Positions 28,034 through 37,497 of a DNA stretch of 64,000 nucleotides are shown here, piece after piece. The notes under the pieces are model-generated. The model was not told the DNA's origin, searched no databases, and was given only the letters and a program-made list of their open reading frames with translations. The position numbers and the translations under genes were made by a program. This stretch comes from Chloropicon primus (taxonomy: Eukaryota), in NCBI GenBank assembly GCA_023205875.1, contig CP060755.1, forward strand, positions 1,488,001-1,552,000. The letters are read 5' to 3'. Each line of letters opens with the position of its first letter. The stretch's first letter is position 1.

Positions 28034-29800
28034 ATGATGGCCGGCGGAGGGGGAGGAGGGAGGGGGGGGGAGGGAGGGGGGAGGGGGGAGGACGAGGAAG
28101 CATCCTCGTCTTCCACCCCCGTGGCCTCGTCCTCCTCGAGCGGGAGCCACATGGGGAACACCTTGCCGGAGCTGTGGCAACAAGTGGTGTCGAAAAGTTC
28201 CCTGTTCTCGTCCCTCGCGCTGGGTGTGTCGAGGGAGGACGACGGGGGGAGGGGGAGGACGTACGAGGAGATGGGGGAGTTCGGCGAGGGATCGGGGGGT
28301 CGGGGGGATGGCGCTGGGGTCGAGGCGACGCCCGCGAAGGGGTCTGGCAGGGGGGACGCGGCGGGGGTCGGGGGGAGTTCGGGGGGCCAAGGGGGCCGGG
28401 GGGCCTCCTCGACGTCGAGGCCAAGCCGTCGCTCCCTGGCCGCGCCGGAGATCTTCGACAGCTGGTGGGAGATCGAGAGGGCCCTTCTGAATGTAACGTC
28501 CAAGCTCTTCGCCAGGCTGAACATCACTGCCTTCTCCGTGGAAGGAATCTCGGCGCTTGACCCCATCGCCCTCGCCATCGTGTGGCAGCGGCAGAACAGC
28601 CAGAGGGACGCGGTAAGGCTGGCGAGGGAGCAGAACATCGTCGAGGAGTCGGTGAAGCCGGACCTCCGCACCCTGAGGTGCCTCTTCCAAGCCTCCCGGT
28701 ACTCCTGCGCGGCGTACGGAACCTCCCTGCAGCACATCGTGACCATGTCGGACGTCATCGAGAACGGGTTCTTCGCCAAGTCCTTCAGGAACTTGGACTC
28801 GCTGGTGGAGGACTCCATCGCGCCGATCAGGACGGCCGAGAACGCGAACCCGAGCAACAACGACGAGGTGATAGAGTGCCTGATGCCACAGAGCGAGCTT
28901 CTGCACAGCAACTGGGACACGGGAATGTTTGCCCCTTCCTGCTACGTGGCCGTGGACCACGAGCACAAGTGGGTCGTTCTGGCGATCAGGGGGACCTTCC
29001 ACAGCAGCGACGCCCTCACGGACGCCTGCGCGGAGGAGGAGGAGTTTTTGGACGGGTACGCCCACGCCGGGATGTGCGCGGCAGCTTGGAACATGATCAA
29101 AGAGCAGCTGCCACGGCTCGCCTCGGCCCTGCACCGGCACCCAGGGTACGAGCTGGTGACGACGGGCCACAGCATGGGCGGAGGGGTGGCGGCCCTGTTC
29201 ACCATGCTGCTTCACAGCGACGACGCGGACGTGGAGAAGGCGGCGATCGCTGGGCTGTCCGAGGGCTTTGATCCCCAAGCGGGCAGAGACTTTGACACCG
29301 AAGCGGTCTTGAACACGGTGAGGACGTCAAAGTGCTACACCATAGCCTCTCCCAGCCTGGTGAACTTGAGCTTGTCCTTGCGGTGCGCCTCCTACGTCAC
29401 GTCCGTGATATGCGGGAAGGACATCGTTCCAAGGCTGTCGATAGACAACGTGAAAAACCTGGTGGACCAGCTGGTGGGTGCCGCCCCGCTGAACAGGACC
29501 ATCAACGCCTTCAAGAAGGTCGGGGAGATGATCGGAGGGAACTCGTCGCCCGCCGCTGAGAGCAGCAATGACTTCGAGCTCAGGAACCATTCCTCGAGCA
29601 GCTTCATGGTCCCCCCGGGGAGGGTGATCCACTTGAGGCACCTCAACTCCGAGTCGGGCCCTGGCGCAGAGGGAAGGCACCCCACCGCCTTCACGCAGAT
29701 CCACCTCTCGCCGAGGATGTTCCTGGACCACTTTCCTACCATCTACACCAGTGTCCTGCACAGGCTGTGCAAGACAGAGGGCGGGGGCGGCGAAGACTGA
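28034..29800 (+). CDS. Class 3 lipase (diacylglycerol lipase-like)
   Basis: 'YVAVDHEHKWVVLAIRGT', 'GYAHAGM', 'TGHSMGGGVA' (GxSxG), 'DIVPRLS', 'MFLDHFP'. Confidence 0.9.
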   Translation: MMAGGGGGGRGGEGGGRGEDEEASSSSTPVASSSSSGSHMGNTLPELWQQVVSKSSLFSSLALGVSREDDGGRGRTYEEMGEFGEGSGGRGDGAGVEATPAKGSGRGDAAGVGGSSGGQGGRGASSTSRPSRRSLAAPEIFDSWWEIERALLNVTSKLFARLNITAFSVEGISALDPIALAIVWQRQNSQRDAVRLAREQNIVEESVKPDLRTLRCLFQASRYSCAAYGTSLQHIVTMSDVIENGFFAKSFRNLDSLVEDSIAPIRTAENANPSNNDEVIECLMPQSELLHSNWDTGMFAPSCYVAVDHEHKWVVLAIRGTFHSSDALTDACAEEEEFLDGYAHAGMCAAAWNMIKEQLPRLASALHRHPGYELVTTGHSMGGGVAALFTMLLHSDDADVEKAAIAGLSEGFDPQAGRDFDTEAVLNTVRTSKCYTIASPSLVNLSLSLRCASYVTSVICGKDIVPRLSIDNVKNLVDQLVGAAPLNRTINAFKKVGEMIGGNSSPAAESSNDFELRNHSSSSFMVPPGRVIHLRHLNSESGPGAEGRHPTAFTQIHLSPRMFLDHFPTIYTSVLHRLCKTEGGGGED

Positions 29801-29891
29801 GGCGACTGAGGACGGAAAAATAAGAAGACTTATCTTATTCGCGTGTGTATTTATACAATGTTTACAAAACTCGCTTACTTTTCAAAGCAGC

Positions 29892-30536
29892 TCACGGCTT
29901 GAGGCCGGTTGGCTCGTACGGCTTCTCCTCGTCCCTCATGACCTGGTCCTGGCCGACTGGCTGCGTCACGTAAATGGTGGTCGGGTCGCTGGGGTCGACG
30001 TAAGCCGTGTTCACGATCTTGGTGACTTCGGAGACTTGGGGCAGGACGTTGTGCACCACCGCGGGGTACTGTGCTTGTTGTGCTGCCTCGGCAGCCCTCC
30101 TCTGCTCAATCCGAGTAACCTCGAGAAGCCTGAAGAAGAGGGGCAAGAGGGTGTTGCTCCCCCCGTTCTTGAGGTAGAACTTGGCGCCGTGGGGAGGCAT
30201 GGCGCCGTTTGGCCCGCCTCCCTCCCCCACAGAGAAGCAGTTCATCGAGAGGTTGTTGCAACCAAATATGGGCTGGTTGAACTTCTCTCCCGATACGTAC
30301 GCCAGCGGAAAGTCGAAGGACTGGAGTCCGCTTGAATCCGCCTTGGGTGCCACGAACACGCACCTCACATGCGACACGAAGAGGTACCCGTCCGCCTTCC
30401 ACTTTCCAGAACTCGTTCGAACGTTGTTCACCTCGATTTGCACACCATCCCTTCCCAAAACAAAGTGCTCTCCAGCAAAGGGTGCCGGGGTAAGCAACCC
30501 GTTCGCTCCCATTACTAACGGTGGATTCGCCGCCAT
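29892..30536 (-). CDS. WBP2-like PH/GRAM-domain protein
   Basis: 'MAANP', 'PFAGEHFVL', 'FDFPL...EKFNQPIFGCNNL', 'F.LKNGG..TLLPLFF', 'AYVDPSDPTTIY'. Confidence 0.8.
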   Translation of the reverse strand: MAANPPLVMGANGLLTPAPFAGEHFVLGRDGVQIEVNNVRTSSGKWKADGYLFVSHVRCVFVAPKADSSGLQSFDFPLAYVSGEKFNQPIFGCNNLSMNCFSVGEGGGPNGAMPPHGAKFYLKNGGSNTLLPLFFRLLEVTRIEQRRAAEAAQQAQYPAVVHNVLPQVSEVTKIVNTAYVDPSDPTTIYVTQPVGQDQVMRDEEKPYEPTGLKP

Positions 30537-30682
30537 AGTCTCTCTCTCTCTCTCTCTCCCCCTCTCTTTGTGTTCTCTCGCAAACCAATCAAGCGCAACA
30601 CGTCACCACCCGGCCTTCCTCCCCCTATGCTCGATGCCCTCTCCGTCTCCGAGGGAGTGCTGAGAGCTGAGGGCGGGGGACG

Positions 30683-31437
30683 ATGGGGAGAGGGAGCGGC
30701 GTGAGCAGCCGGAGGAAGGGAACGAGGGCGGAGGTGGACGAGAACCAGAGGCAGCAATTCGTGAATTCGAGGTTGCAGGCTTTGGAGGAGGATGGGCACG
30801 CGCTGGAGCTGGACAACTCGGATGAAGAGTTCCAGATTGAGGACGTCTTGGACGAGGTGAGTCTACGGAACGACAGGGGGTGCTCGTGTGTGTGGGGGGT
30901 GCTCGTGGCAGAGGGAGGGGGCCTTGACGACCTCGAGGAGCTCGTCGTGCGCGTGCACTGCTGACGTTCGTCTTCTGATCTTCTCTCGCACCTGTCTGTT
31001 TGTCTCCGTGTCTGCCTGCAACCCTCTGTGGGCTCTTGCGTCTCCTTTGGGGGAATACTGTTCAGGTGGAGGACGAGGAGGTGGATGTTGGGGTGACGGC
31101 TGCACTGAAGAAGTCGAAGAAGAAGCCGAAGAAGAAGGGCGGGCGGAAGGTCATACCGGGCAAGAGGAAGACGAGGGGAATGGAGAGGAAGGGTCCGAAA
31201 CCATTCATGCAGCTGCTCGAGGAGGCGGAGCTTGATCGCCTCCCGGAGCACGTGCCAACATATTTCAACACCGCGGCCAGGCCTAGCAGATACCCAGCGA
31301 GAAAGCTTTGCGACATCTCCGGGTTCTTCGCCAAGTACAAGGACCCGGCTTCCAAGATGCGGTATGCGGGCCAAAGGGAGTACAACGTCATACAAAGCAT
31401 GCCAACGGCTGCCCTCCACGCTCACCTCAGGAGCTGA
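30683..31437 (+). CDS. SWR1/INO80 subunit: SWC6 (SEF/ZNHIT1)-like body with Ies6-type YL1_C tail; intron 30857-31065
   Basis: 'SRLQALEED', 'KRKTR..KGPKPFMQLLEEAELDRLPEHVPTY' are SWC6-like; 'PARKLCDISGFFAKYKDPASKMRY' is YL1_C-like. Confidence 0.75.
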
Positions 31438-31620
31438 ATCGAGCGGATTCCACTGCAGATTGTACTTTAATACTACCATACTACCATTGTACACGTTCCT
31501 CTCCACCTCCCCCACCTCCCCCACCTCCCCTTGGCCCGCGCGGTCAAAAAAATTTTCAGCTGTCATTCCCATCGAGCCAAACAGCTGACAGACGCGTCCC
31601 GTGTTTGTCTGTTTGTTTCC

Positions 31621-32106
31621 ATGTTCTTCGTCACGAGTCGTCGAAGACTAGCGTGTGCAGCGGTCGCTGTCATAGCAATCTGCTCCTGCCTCGCCTCAGC
31701 GAACGCGTACCCCTCGAGCTTCTTTTGTACTCTGGGGAACGAGAGAATGAAGCTCGACGTGGACGACTACGACCTTCCCGTAAGTGAATGATCTCTCTCT
31801 CTCTCTCTCGACCGGGTACACGCTCTCGCTTGTGTTGTTGTTGACCGTCGAGGATGCACGCAGGAAGCGGCTTCGTACATCGTGGGCGTCAAGGACGTGG
31901 GGGACAAGCCCGGGCTGCTAGGCGAACTCGAGGAAACCTTCGACGGTTGGAAACCGCGATACGAGTACGCGACCATGAGCATGTTTTCTGGTTCCCTTAG
32001 CCCGCAGCAAGTCTCTTGGCTCCTCGGCGACGACAGGGTTGCTTATGTGGAGTGCGACGGCTTCGTCAAAATGGCTCGAAGGAAGAAGAGCGACAAGGAG
32101 CTTTGA
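31621..32106 (+). CDS. Small secreted peptidase-inhibitor I9-like protein; intron 31780-31863
   Basis: Signal peptide; 'SYIVGVKD', 'RYEYATMSMFSGSLSPQQVSWLLGDDRVAYVECDGFV' fit the subtilisin-propeptide/I9 pattern; ends SDKEL. Confidence 0.7.
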
Positions 32107-32200
32107 CAGCTTTGCTTTTTTTGTGTGTGGAGAAGGGGTGGGGGCAGGTTCCAGAGAGATGATGATGATATATACTGTACAACAATTGCAACCTTTTAAC

Positions 32201-33922
32201 TTAATCTGCGCTTGAAACGGCCTCCTTGAGAATATCCGTTGCGCTCTTGCCCTTCTTCTTATTTTTGTTGTGCTTTGCTTTCTTGATGGCCCTTCCCCTC
32301 AAGTTCTTCTTCCTCAGGAGGTTGGAGGGCTCCTTCAAGTACTTTGGGATGTGCTTCAGGTGAGAAGGCACCGAGGCGGACAGCGTGGCGTCGTGCTTGA
32401 GGACGATCTCATCGTCTGGGTTGGCCTTGAAGTGCGACTTCAGCTTGGAGGAGTTGAGGATCTCCATCCTGAGCTCTTTCGCCCTGGCCTCCTGGACCGC
32501 TGCACGCGAGACGGCTCGGTAAACGTCTTGGCCCCTGTACCTCAGGGAATCCACGAGCGAGGGGGTCAGCGCCTCGAAATTCTGCAGAACTGCTTCCTCG
32601 TCGGAGACTAGCTGGACTTCCTCCCCGGTCCCCCCCCTTAGAACGCTGTTGAGCTTAGCCAAAAAGTCCGTGTCACCCTCCGTAACCAGAGAGATACAAA
32701 CCCCTTTGTTGCCAGCCCTTCCCGTTCGCCCAACCCTGTGGATGTACCCCTCCACCGTCTTGGACATGTCAAAGTTCACAACTGTCCTCACTCCCTGAAA
32801 GTCTATCCCGCGGACAACCCCGAAGTCGGCATCGATCTTGGTCCTCCCCTGTCGCTTGCCTTTTGCTCCCGACTTGTCCACCTCCTCGCTCGCTCCGTCA
32901 AAGGACGGCAGCGTGTTCCCCTTGTCGATATCCGTTGCGATCAAGAAGTCAAAGTTGCCCTTGTTGAAGTGCTTGATGATGTTATGGCGGGAGTTCAGAG
33001 GAAGCTCTGCGTTCAGCACCGCCGACTTGATGCCGAAATGCTCTAGGAACAACCGAACCCTGTACCCCGTGTCGATCGTGTTGACGAAGATAAGCACCTT
33101 TTTCTGCACCAATCCCAGCTTGAGAAGGCAAGTCAGGCTCAAGAGCTTGTCCGCCCTCGTGCAAACGGACTTGTAGTGGTCAATCGAATCGGGCAGAGAC
33201 GAGTTGCCGGCGCCCTTGCCTTGGGCTTGGGTGCCGCTTGCCACCTGGATTACCAACGGGTTCGTGCACACGAGCTTGTTGAGCTTCTCCATGTCGTCCG
33301 TCATGGTCGCGCAAAACATGGAGCACTGGCAGGACTGCGGGATGTGAACCGAGAAGAACTCGACGTCTTTCTCGTACCCGTAGGAGAGCAGCAAGTCAGC
33401 CTCGTCCAGGACGAGGAAACGCAACCTGGAGAACAGGTCCTCTCCCGAAATGGCCTTGTGCTTCAGGATCAGTCGAATCTGGCCGGGCGTCGACACGATG
33501 ATGTCCCCAACCGTCGCTATCCGGGCGTCGCTCATGTTCTCAGGGCTGACGGACGTGATGGACGTCACCTCGAGGTTCTGGGCCCCGCAAAACGAGAGGA
33601 AGGTTTCCGTCTCCTCCCTCACTTGCTCCGAGAGCTCCCTGGTGGGCACCATAATCAGGGCCAGCCAGCCCTCTCCGCCCTTGGCATTCTTGGAAAGGAG
33701 GCCGTCTATCATGGGCATGACGTAAGACGCCGTCTTCCCACTTCCCGTAGGCGCCTGCACCACGACGTCCTTCCCCTTGAGCACATGTGGTATGGACTCC
33801 GCTTGAACACTCGTCGGTCTCTTCCAGCCCTTCTTCTCCCCGGCCTTGACAAGCCTCGGGTCCAGCCCCAGGTCCACGAACGCCCCTCCCCCGCTCCCTT
33901 GCCCCTCGCCCCCTTCCTTCAT
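32201..33922 (-). CDS. DDX56: DEAD-box RNA helicase DDX56/DBP9
   Basis: 'APTGSGKT', 'VPTREL', 'LDEADLLLSYGY', 'LNAELPLNSR', 'FGVVRGIDF', 'YIHRVGRTGRAG', 'HLKHIPKYL'. Confidence 0.92.
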   Translation of the reverse strand: MKEGGEGQGSGGGAFVDLGLDPRLVKAGEKKGWKRPTSVQAESIPHVLKGKDVVVQAPTGSGKTASYVMPMIDGLLSKNAKGGEGWLALIMVPTRELSEQVREETETFLSFCGAQNLEVTSITSVSPENMSDARIATVGDIIVSTPGQIRLILKHKAISGEDLFSRLRFLVLDEADLLLSYGYEKDVEFFSVHIPQSCQCSMFCATMTDDMEKLNKLVCTNPLVIQVASGTQAQGKGAGNSSLPDSIDHYKSVCTRADKLLSLTCLLKLGLVQKKVLIFVNTIDTGYRVRLFLEHFGIKSAVLNAELPLNSRHNIIKHFNKGNFDFLIATDIDKGNTLPSFDGASEEVDKSGAKGKRQGRTKIDADFGVVRGIDFQGVRTVVNFDMSKTVEGYIHRVGRTGRAGNKGVCISLVTEGDTDFLAKLNSVLRGGTGEEVQLVSDEEAVLQNFEALTPSLVDSLRYRGQDVYRAVSRAAVQEARAKELRMEILNSSKLKSHFKANPDDEIVLKHDATLSASVPSHLKHIPKYLKEPSNLLRKKNLRGRAIKKAKHNKNKKKGKSATDILKEAVSSAD

Positions 33923-34258
33923 CGCGCACCTCGCCTCTCTCTTCCTCCGCTCGGCGGCGGGGAGTTCCAAAGTCTGGAGGCTGGCTCCCCACCCCCTGAG
34001 TGAGCCAGAGAGAGAGAGAGGGGAGAGGGGTGGAGGGTTCCGCTTGCTATGATCATCCGGAAGGCTCTGCTGTTGAACAAGAGTCTAGGGTCAGGGAAGA
34101 AGACGGTTGTGCCGTCGTCGTTTGTTCACGGGACTCGGCTTGCGCGACGTGGGACGTGGTGGGCCGGCCCACTGGGGATAAAAGCGAGCGAGCGAGGGAG
34201 AGGACTACTTGGGGGGAAACAAGAGGGACTCAAGTGCTCCGGAGGGAGGAAGGCGACC

Positions 34259-35577
34259 ATGGCGACGGCACCATCGACGGAACCGGCGCCCATTATCCAT
34301 GTCGACACCAAGACGTACGACAGCCAACTGGCCGCCAAGGTAAGCGGGGAGCAAGCAAGCGAAAACAGCAAAGGCAATATGGAAGTGAGCTTGGTGGAGT
34401 GAATAATTAACTTTGGGTGCGGCTGCTTGTGTTTGTTTGTGGCGCCACCGTGGTGCAGGTGGAGAGGGTGAAGACGCAGTTTCGGGAATACTACTCGGGC
34501 GAGCTCGACGTGTTCCGATCAAAGAAGAAGCACTACCGGATGAGGGCGGAGTTCCGGATATGGCACGACTACAAGGAGGAGGAAACTTACTTCGTGATGT
34601 TCCAGGGAGGAAGCCGCGGTTCGAAGTACAGGGTGGACGACTTCGATGTTGGCTCGGAGCTGCTGAACGGTCTGATGCAGAAGGTGATAGAAGGTGTGAG
34701 GGGGAGCGAAGTTCTATCGAAGAAGATCTTCCAGGCCAACTTCCACACCACGCTTTCCGGGCAAGCTATGGTCTCTTTGCTTTACCACAGAAAACTGGAC
34801 GACGAGTGGAAGGCCGAGGCGGAGAAGCTGAAGGAGTCCCTGGGGACGACGGAGGGCCTCGAGAAGGGCCACGTTCCGTCGGTGATCGGTCGAAGCAGGA
34901 AGCAGAAAGTTGTGCTCGGCACCGACTATGTTGTCGAAACCTTGCCGGTGAATGGCAAGCACCTCAAGTACCAGCAGCTGGAAGGGGGGTTCTCCCAGCC
35001 GAATGGAGGCATGTGCATTCACATGCTCGAGTGGGCGATCAAACACACAAGCAACGAGGAGAGCAAATCCCACGACTTGCTCGAGTTGTACTGCGGGAAC
35101 GGCAACTTCTCCATTGCCATGGCGGATAATTTTAAGATGTGTGTGGGAACGGAGGTTTCCAAGACGTCGGTAGCGGCCGCAAAGTACAACATCGAGGAAA
35201 ATGGGACTGGCAACGTGTTCATCGCGAGGTGCAGCAGCGAAGACTTCTCCAGCGCTTGGCTCAGCAACAAGAAGTCCTTCAAGAGGTTCGAGCAACAGGG
35301 TCTCGATCTTGCGGAGTGCGACTTCAAAACCGTTTTGGTCGATCCGCCGAGGGCTGGCCTGGACGCGGACACCGTGAAGCTTGTGGGCAAGTTCGACACC
35401 ATCGTTTACATCTCTTGCAACCCTGACACCCTGCATAACAACGTCAGGGACCTCTCCGAAACGCACACTTGCACTCAGTTTGCGCTCTTCGACCAGTTCC
35501 CGTACTCTCACCACGTGGAGTGCGGGGTCATACTCAAGAAGAGGGAGGGGGCGCCTTGCTCGAACGGTGGCTCATGA
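34259..35577 (+). CDS. trmA: tRNA (uracil-54-C5)-methyltransferase, bacterial TrmA type; intron 34340-34458
   Basis: 'YDSQLAAK|VERVK', 'HYRMRAEFRIWH', 'FSQPN', 'DLLELYCGNGNFS', 'VDPPRAG', 'YISCNP', 'FDQFPYSHHVECG'. In-frame ATG at 34049 could add an organellar targeting peptide. Confidence 0.9.
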
Positions 35578-35747
35578 ATGGTAACATGAATTCATTTAAT
35601 GATGCAGCAAACTCTTCTCACTAAAACGTGGACTCGCCGTTACCTTCGGAGGGCAGCTCACCGACACCGACTCTCTCCTCTCTCTTCTTTGGCAATTTCT
35701 CATATAAAGCCAAGGTGCGACAGATCGCGCCAGGCGAGGGCGAAAGG

Positions 35748-37244
35748 ATGGCGACGGAGACCCGGGACGGGCGGAAGGAGAAGGGGAAGGGGAAGGGGAG
35801 GAAGAAGACCGACCTGAGGGCGTGCTTGACGTTCGTGTCCAGGTCGCTCAGTTCAGTGGGAGTGGGAAGCTTGTCGCCCGAGGACGTCCGACAGGCGAAG
35901 TTCGACGAGGAAGGGCCTCGGATACAGCTGTGGAAGGCCTTGCACGACCTCGTCGTGCTCTCCCAGAACGACTTTTGCGTGGACGTAGCGAGAGCCCTGA
36001 AGCGCCAAGCCAGGGGCCAAGCCCAGGCGGTCATCGAGTATGCGGCGGTTCAGCTGGACTTGCTGGGTTGCCCGTACGTGTCGATGTTCGACCACCCCTC
36101 TCACGTCGGCAGCAGGCGACTCCTGCTGGCGCTGACTTGGCTTGTGGCGAAGACAAACGTCATGGACGTCGTCATGGAGCGCGCTGTCCGCAACTTGGAG
36201 AAGGGAAGCCTCGTCGCCCACTGCCCCACCCTTAGCCCCCAAGACACGCTTTTCTGCCACCACACGGTGGAGAGGAGCGAGGGAGCCTTCGCGGAGGCAA
36301 GGAGGCAGGTCGAGGCCGCCAAGTCCCAGAGAAGCGACCATGACGGTCCCTGGAGCTCGGTGGACTTGAGGTCGAACCAGGCCCTTCTTCTGGCGGGGAA
36401 GGTGAGGGCTCAGACCAACCGCTTCCTTGCTTCCCAGACCGGGTACATGAGGAAAATCAATCGGCTCGTAAGGGCTCAGAGGGTTGGAACGGGCGGGGAG
36501 GAGCCCTCGGAGGACAGCGGAGCCCAACCAAAGCCCCAGGAGATGGCGGGCCGGCTGTCCTGCTTCGAGATCTTCCTTGCTGCGAGCAAGAAACGGGTAG
36601 AGATGTACACCAACCACTTGGAGGATGCCGTGAAGACTGTGACGTTCCTGCGAGAGTTTTCGTTCCATATTCACGACTTTTTGAGCTGGATCTCGACCGT
36701 AAAGGATTTGCACGCTAGCGCCAAGGGGGATCCGGACAACGGAGGCGGCGGTTTCGGCGGAGGGGGCGAGGCCAAGCGCTGCCTCGAGCTCAGCGCCACC
36801 GCAAAGGAGGAGGGCAAAGCATTCCTGGAGCTGGAACGGAGAGTGGAGGACATGATTCTGACCAGGGTGAAGACCTACCAGGCAAGCGACATGATCATCA
36901 ACCAGCTGGACGAGCTGCTCGGCTTCAACCCCGGCGGGGCCAGGGGAGCCTCGGGTCAATCGGGATACTCTCTTCCGGTGCTCAACTTCCTCGTTCACCT
37001 CGACCGCAGCGTGGCGACGGAGAAGGGCAGGCTGGCCGAGGAGGAGCTTTTCCATTCCCAGGAGCAGCGCAGGGAGAGACAGAGGGCGAGGGAACTCGAG
37101 GAGGAAGACCGCCTGGCCGCGTACAAAGACTCCCTGCTGGACCTGTCCCGCCTCCAGGCTCGGAAAAGGGCCCAGAACTCCCTCCACAGCGTCTTGCGCT
37201 TCATGGAGACCCTCGACATTACATCTCGGGAAAAAAAGCAATAA
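35748..37244 (+). CDS. Tubulin epsilon and delta complex protein 1 (TEDC1/C14orf80)-like
   Basis: 'SPEDVRQAKFD', 'LWKALHDL', 'GSRRLLLALTWLVA' match the recalled DUF4509 pattern (PE.FR.AKFD; GSRELLLAL.WL). Confidence 0.7.
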   Translation: MATETRDGRKEKGKGKGRKKTDLRACLTFVSRSLSSVGVGSLSPEDVRQAKFDEEGPRIQLWKALHDLVVLSQNDFCVDVARALKRQARGQAQAVIEYAAVQLDLLGCPYVSMFDHPSHVGSRRLLLALTWLVAKTNVMDVVMERAVRNLEKGSLVAHCPTLSPQDTLFCHHTVERSEGAFAEARRQVEAAKSQRSDHDGPWSSVDLRSNQALLLAGKVRAQTNRFLASQTGYMRKINRLVRAQRVGTGGEEPSEDSGAQPKPQEMAGRLSCFEIFLAASKKRVEMYTNHLEDAVKTVTFLREFSFHIHDFLSWISTVKDLHASAKGDPDNGGGGFGGGGEAKRCLELSATAKEEGKAFLELERRVEDMILTRVKTYQASDMIINQLDELLGFNPGGARGASGQSGYSLPVLNFLVHLDRSVATEKGRLAEEELFHSQEQRRERQRARELEEEDRLAAYKDSLLDLSRLQARKRAQNSLHSVLRFMETLDITSREKKQ

Positions 37245-37497
37245 TTTGCGACCAGCAAGACTGTAAGCGACCACACGCAACCACGCAACCCCTGTCATCA
37301 CCCTTCCGCCTTCCCCCCCCTCATCACCCGTTGCCCCTTGAACCTCCACCATGGATGGGATCCAGACCGGGGCACCCAATTCGGGAGCTCACCCCCTCCG
37401 AAATGGGGTGGGGACCCTAGGGCCTCATCCGAAAACCCTCGCTCGAGGGAGGGGAGGGAGAGAGTAAGAGTATGGATCGGGGCGGCTCCTCGCTGTG

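Noticed and set aside
27314..29278. 654-aa minus-strand ORF and similar long antisense or alternate-frame ORFs (e.g. 6984-8315, 11046-12395, 26386-28014, 35853-37379, 48358-49674)
   Set aside because: Shadow ORFs opposite recognisable genes, expected from high GC3 codon bias; no motifs.
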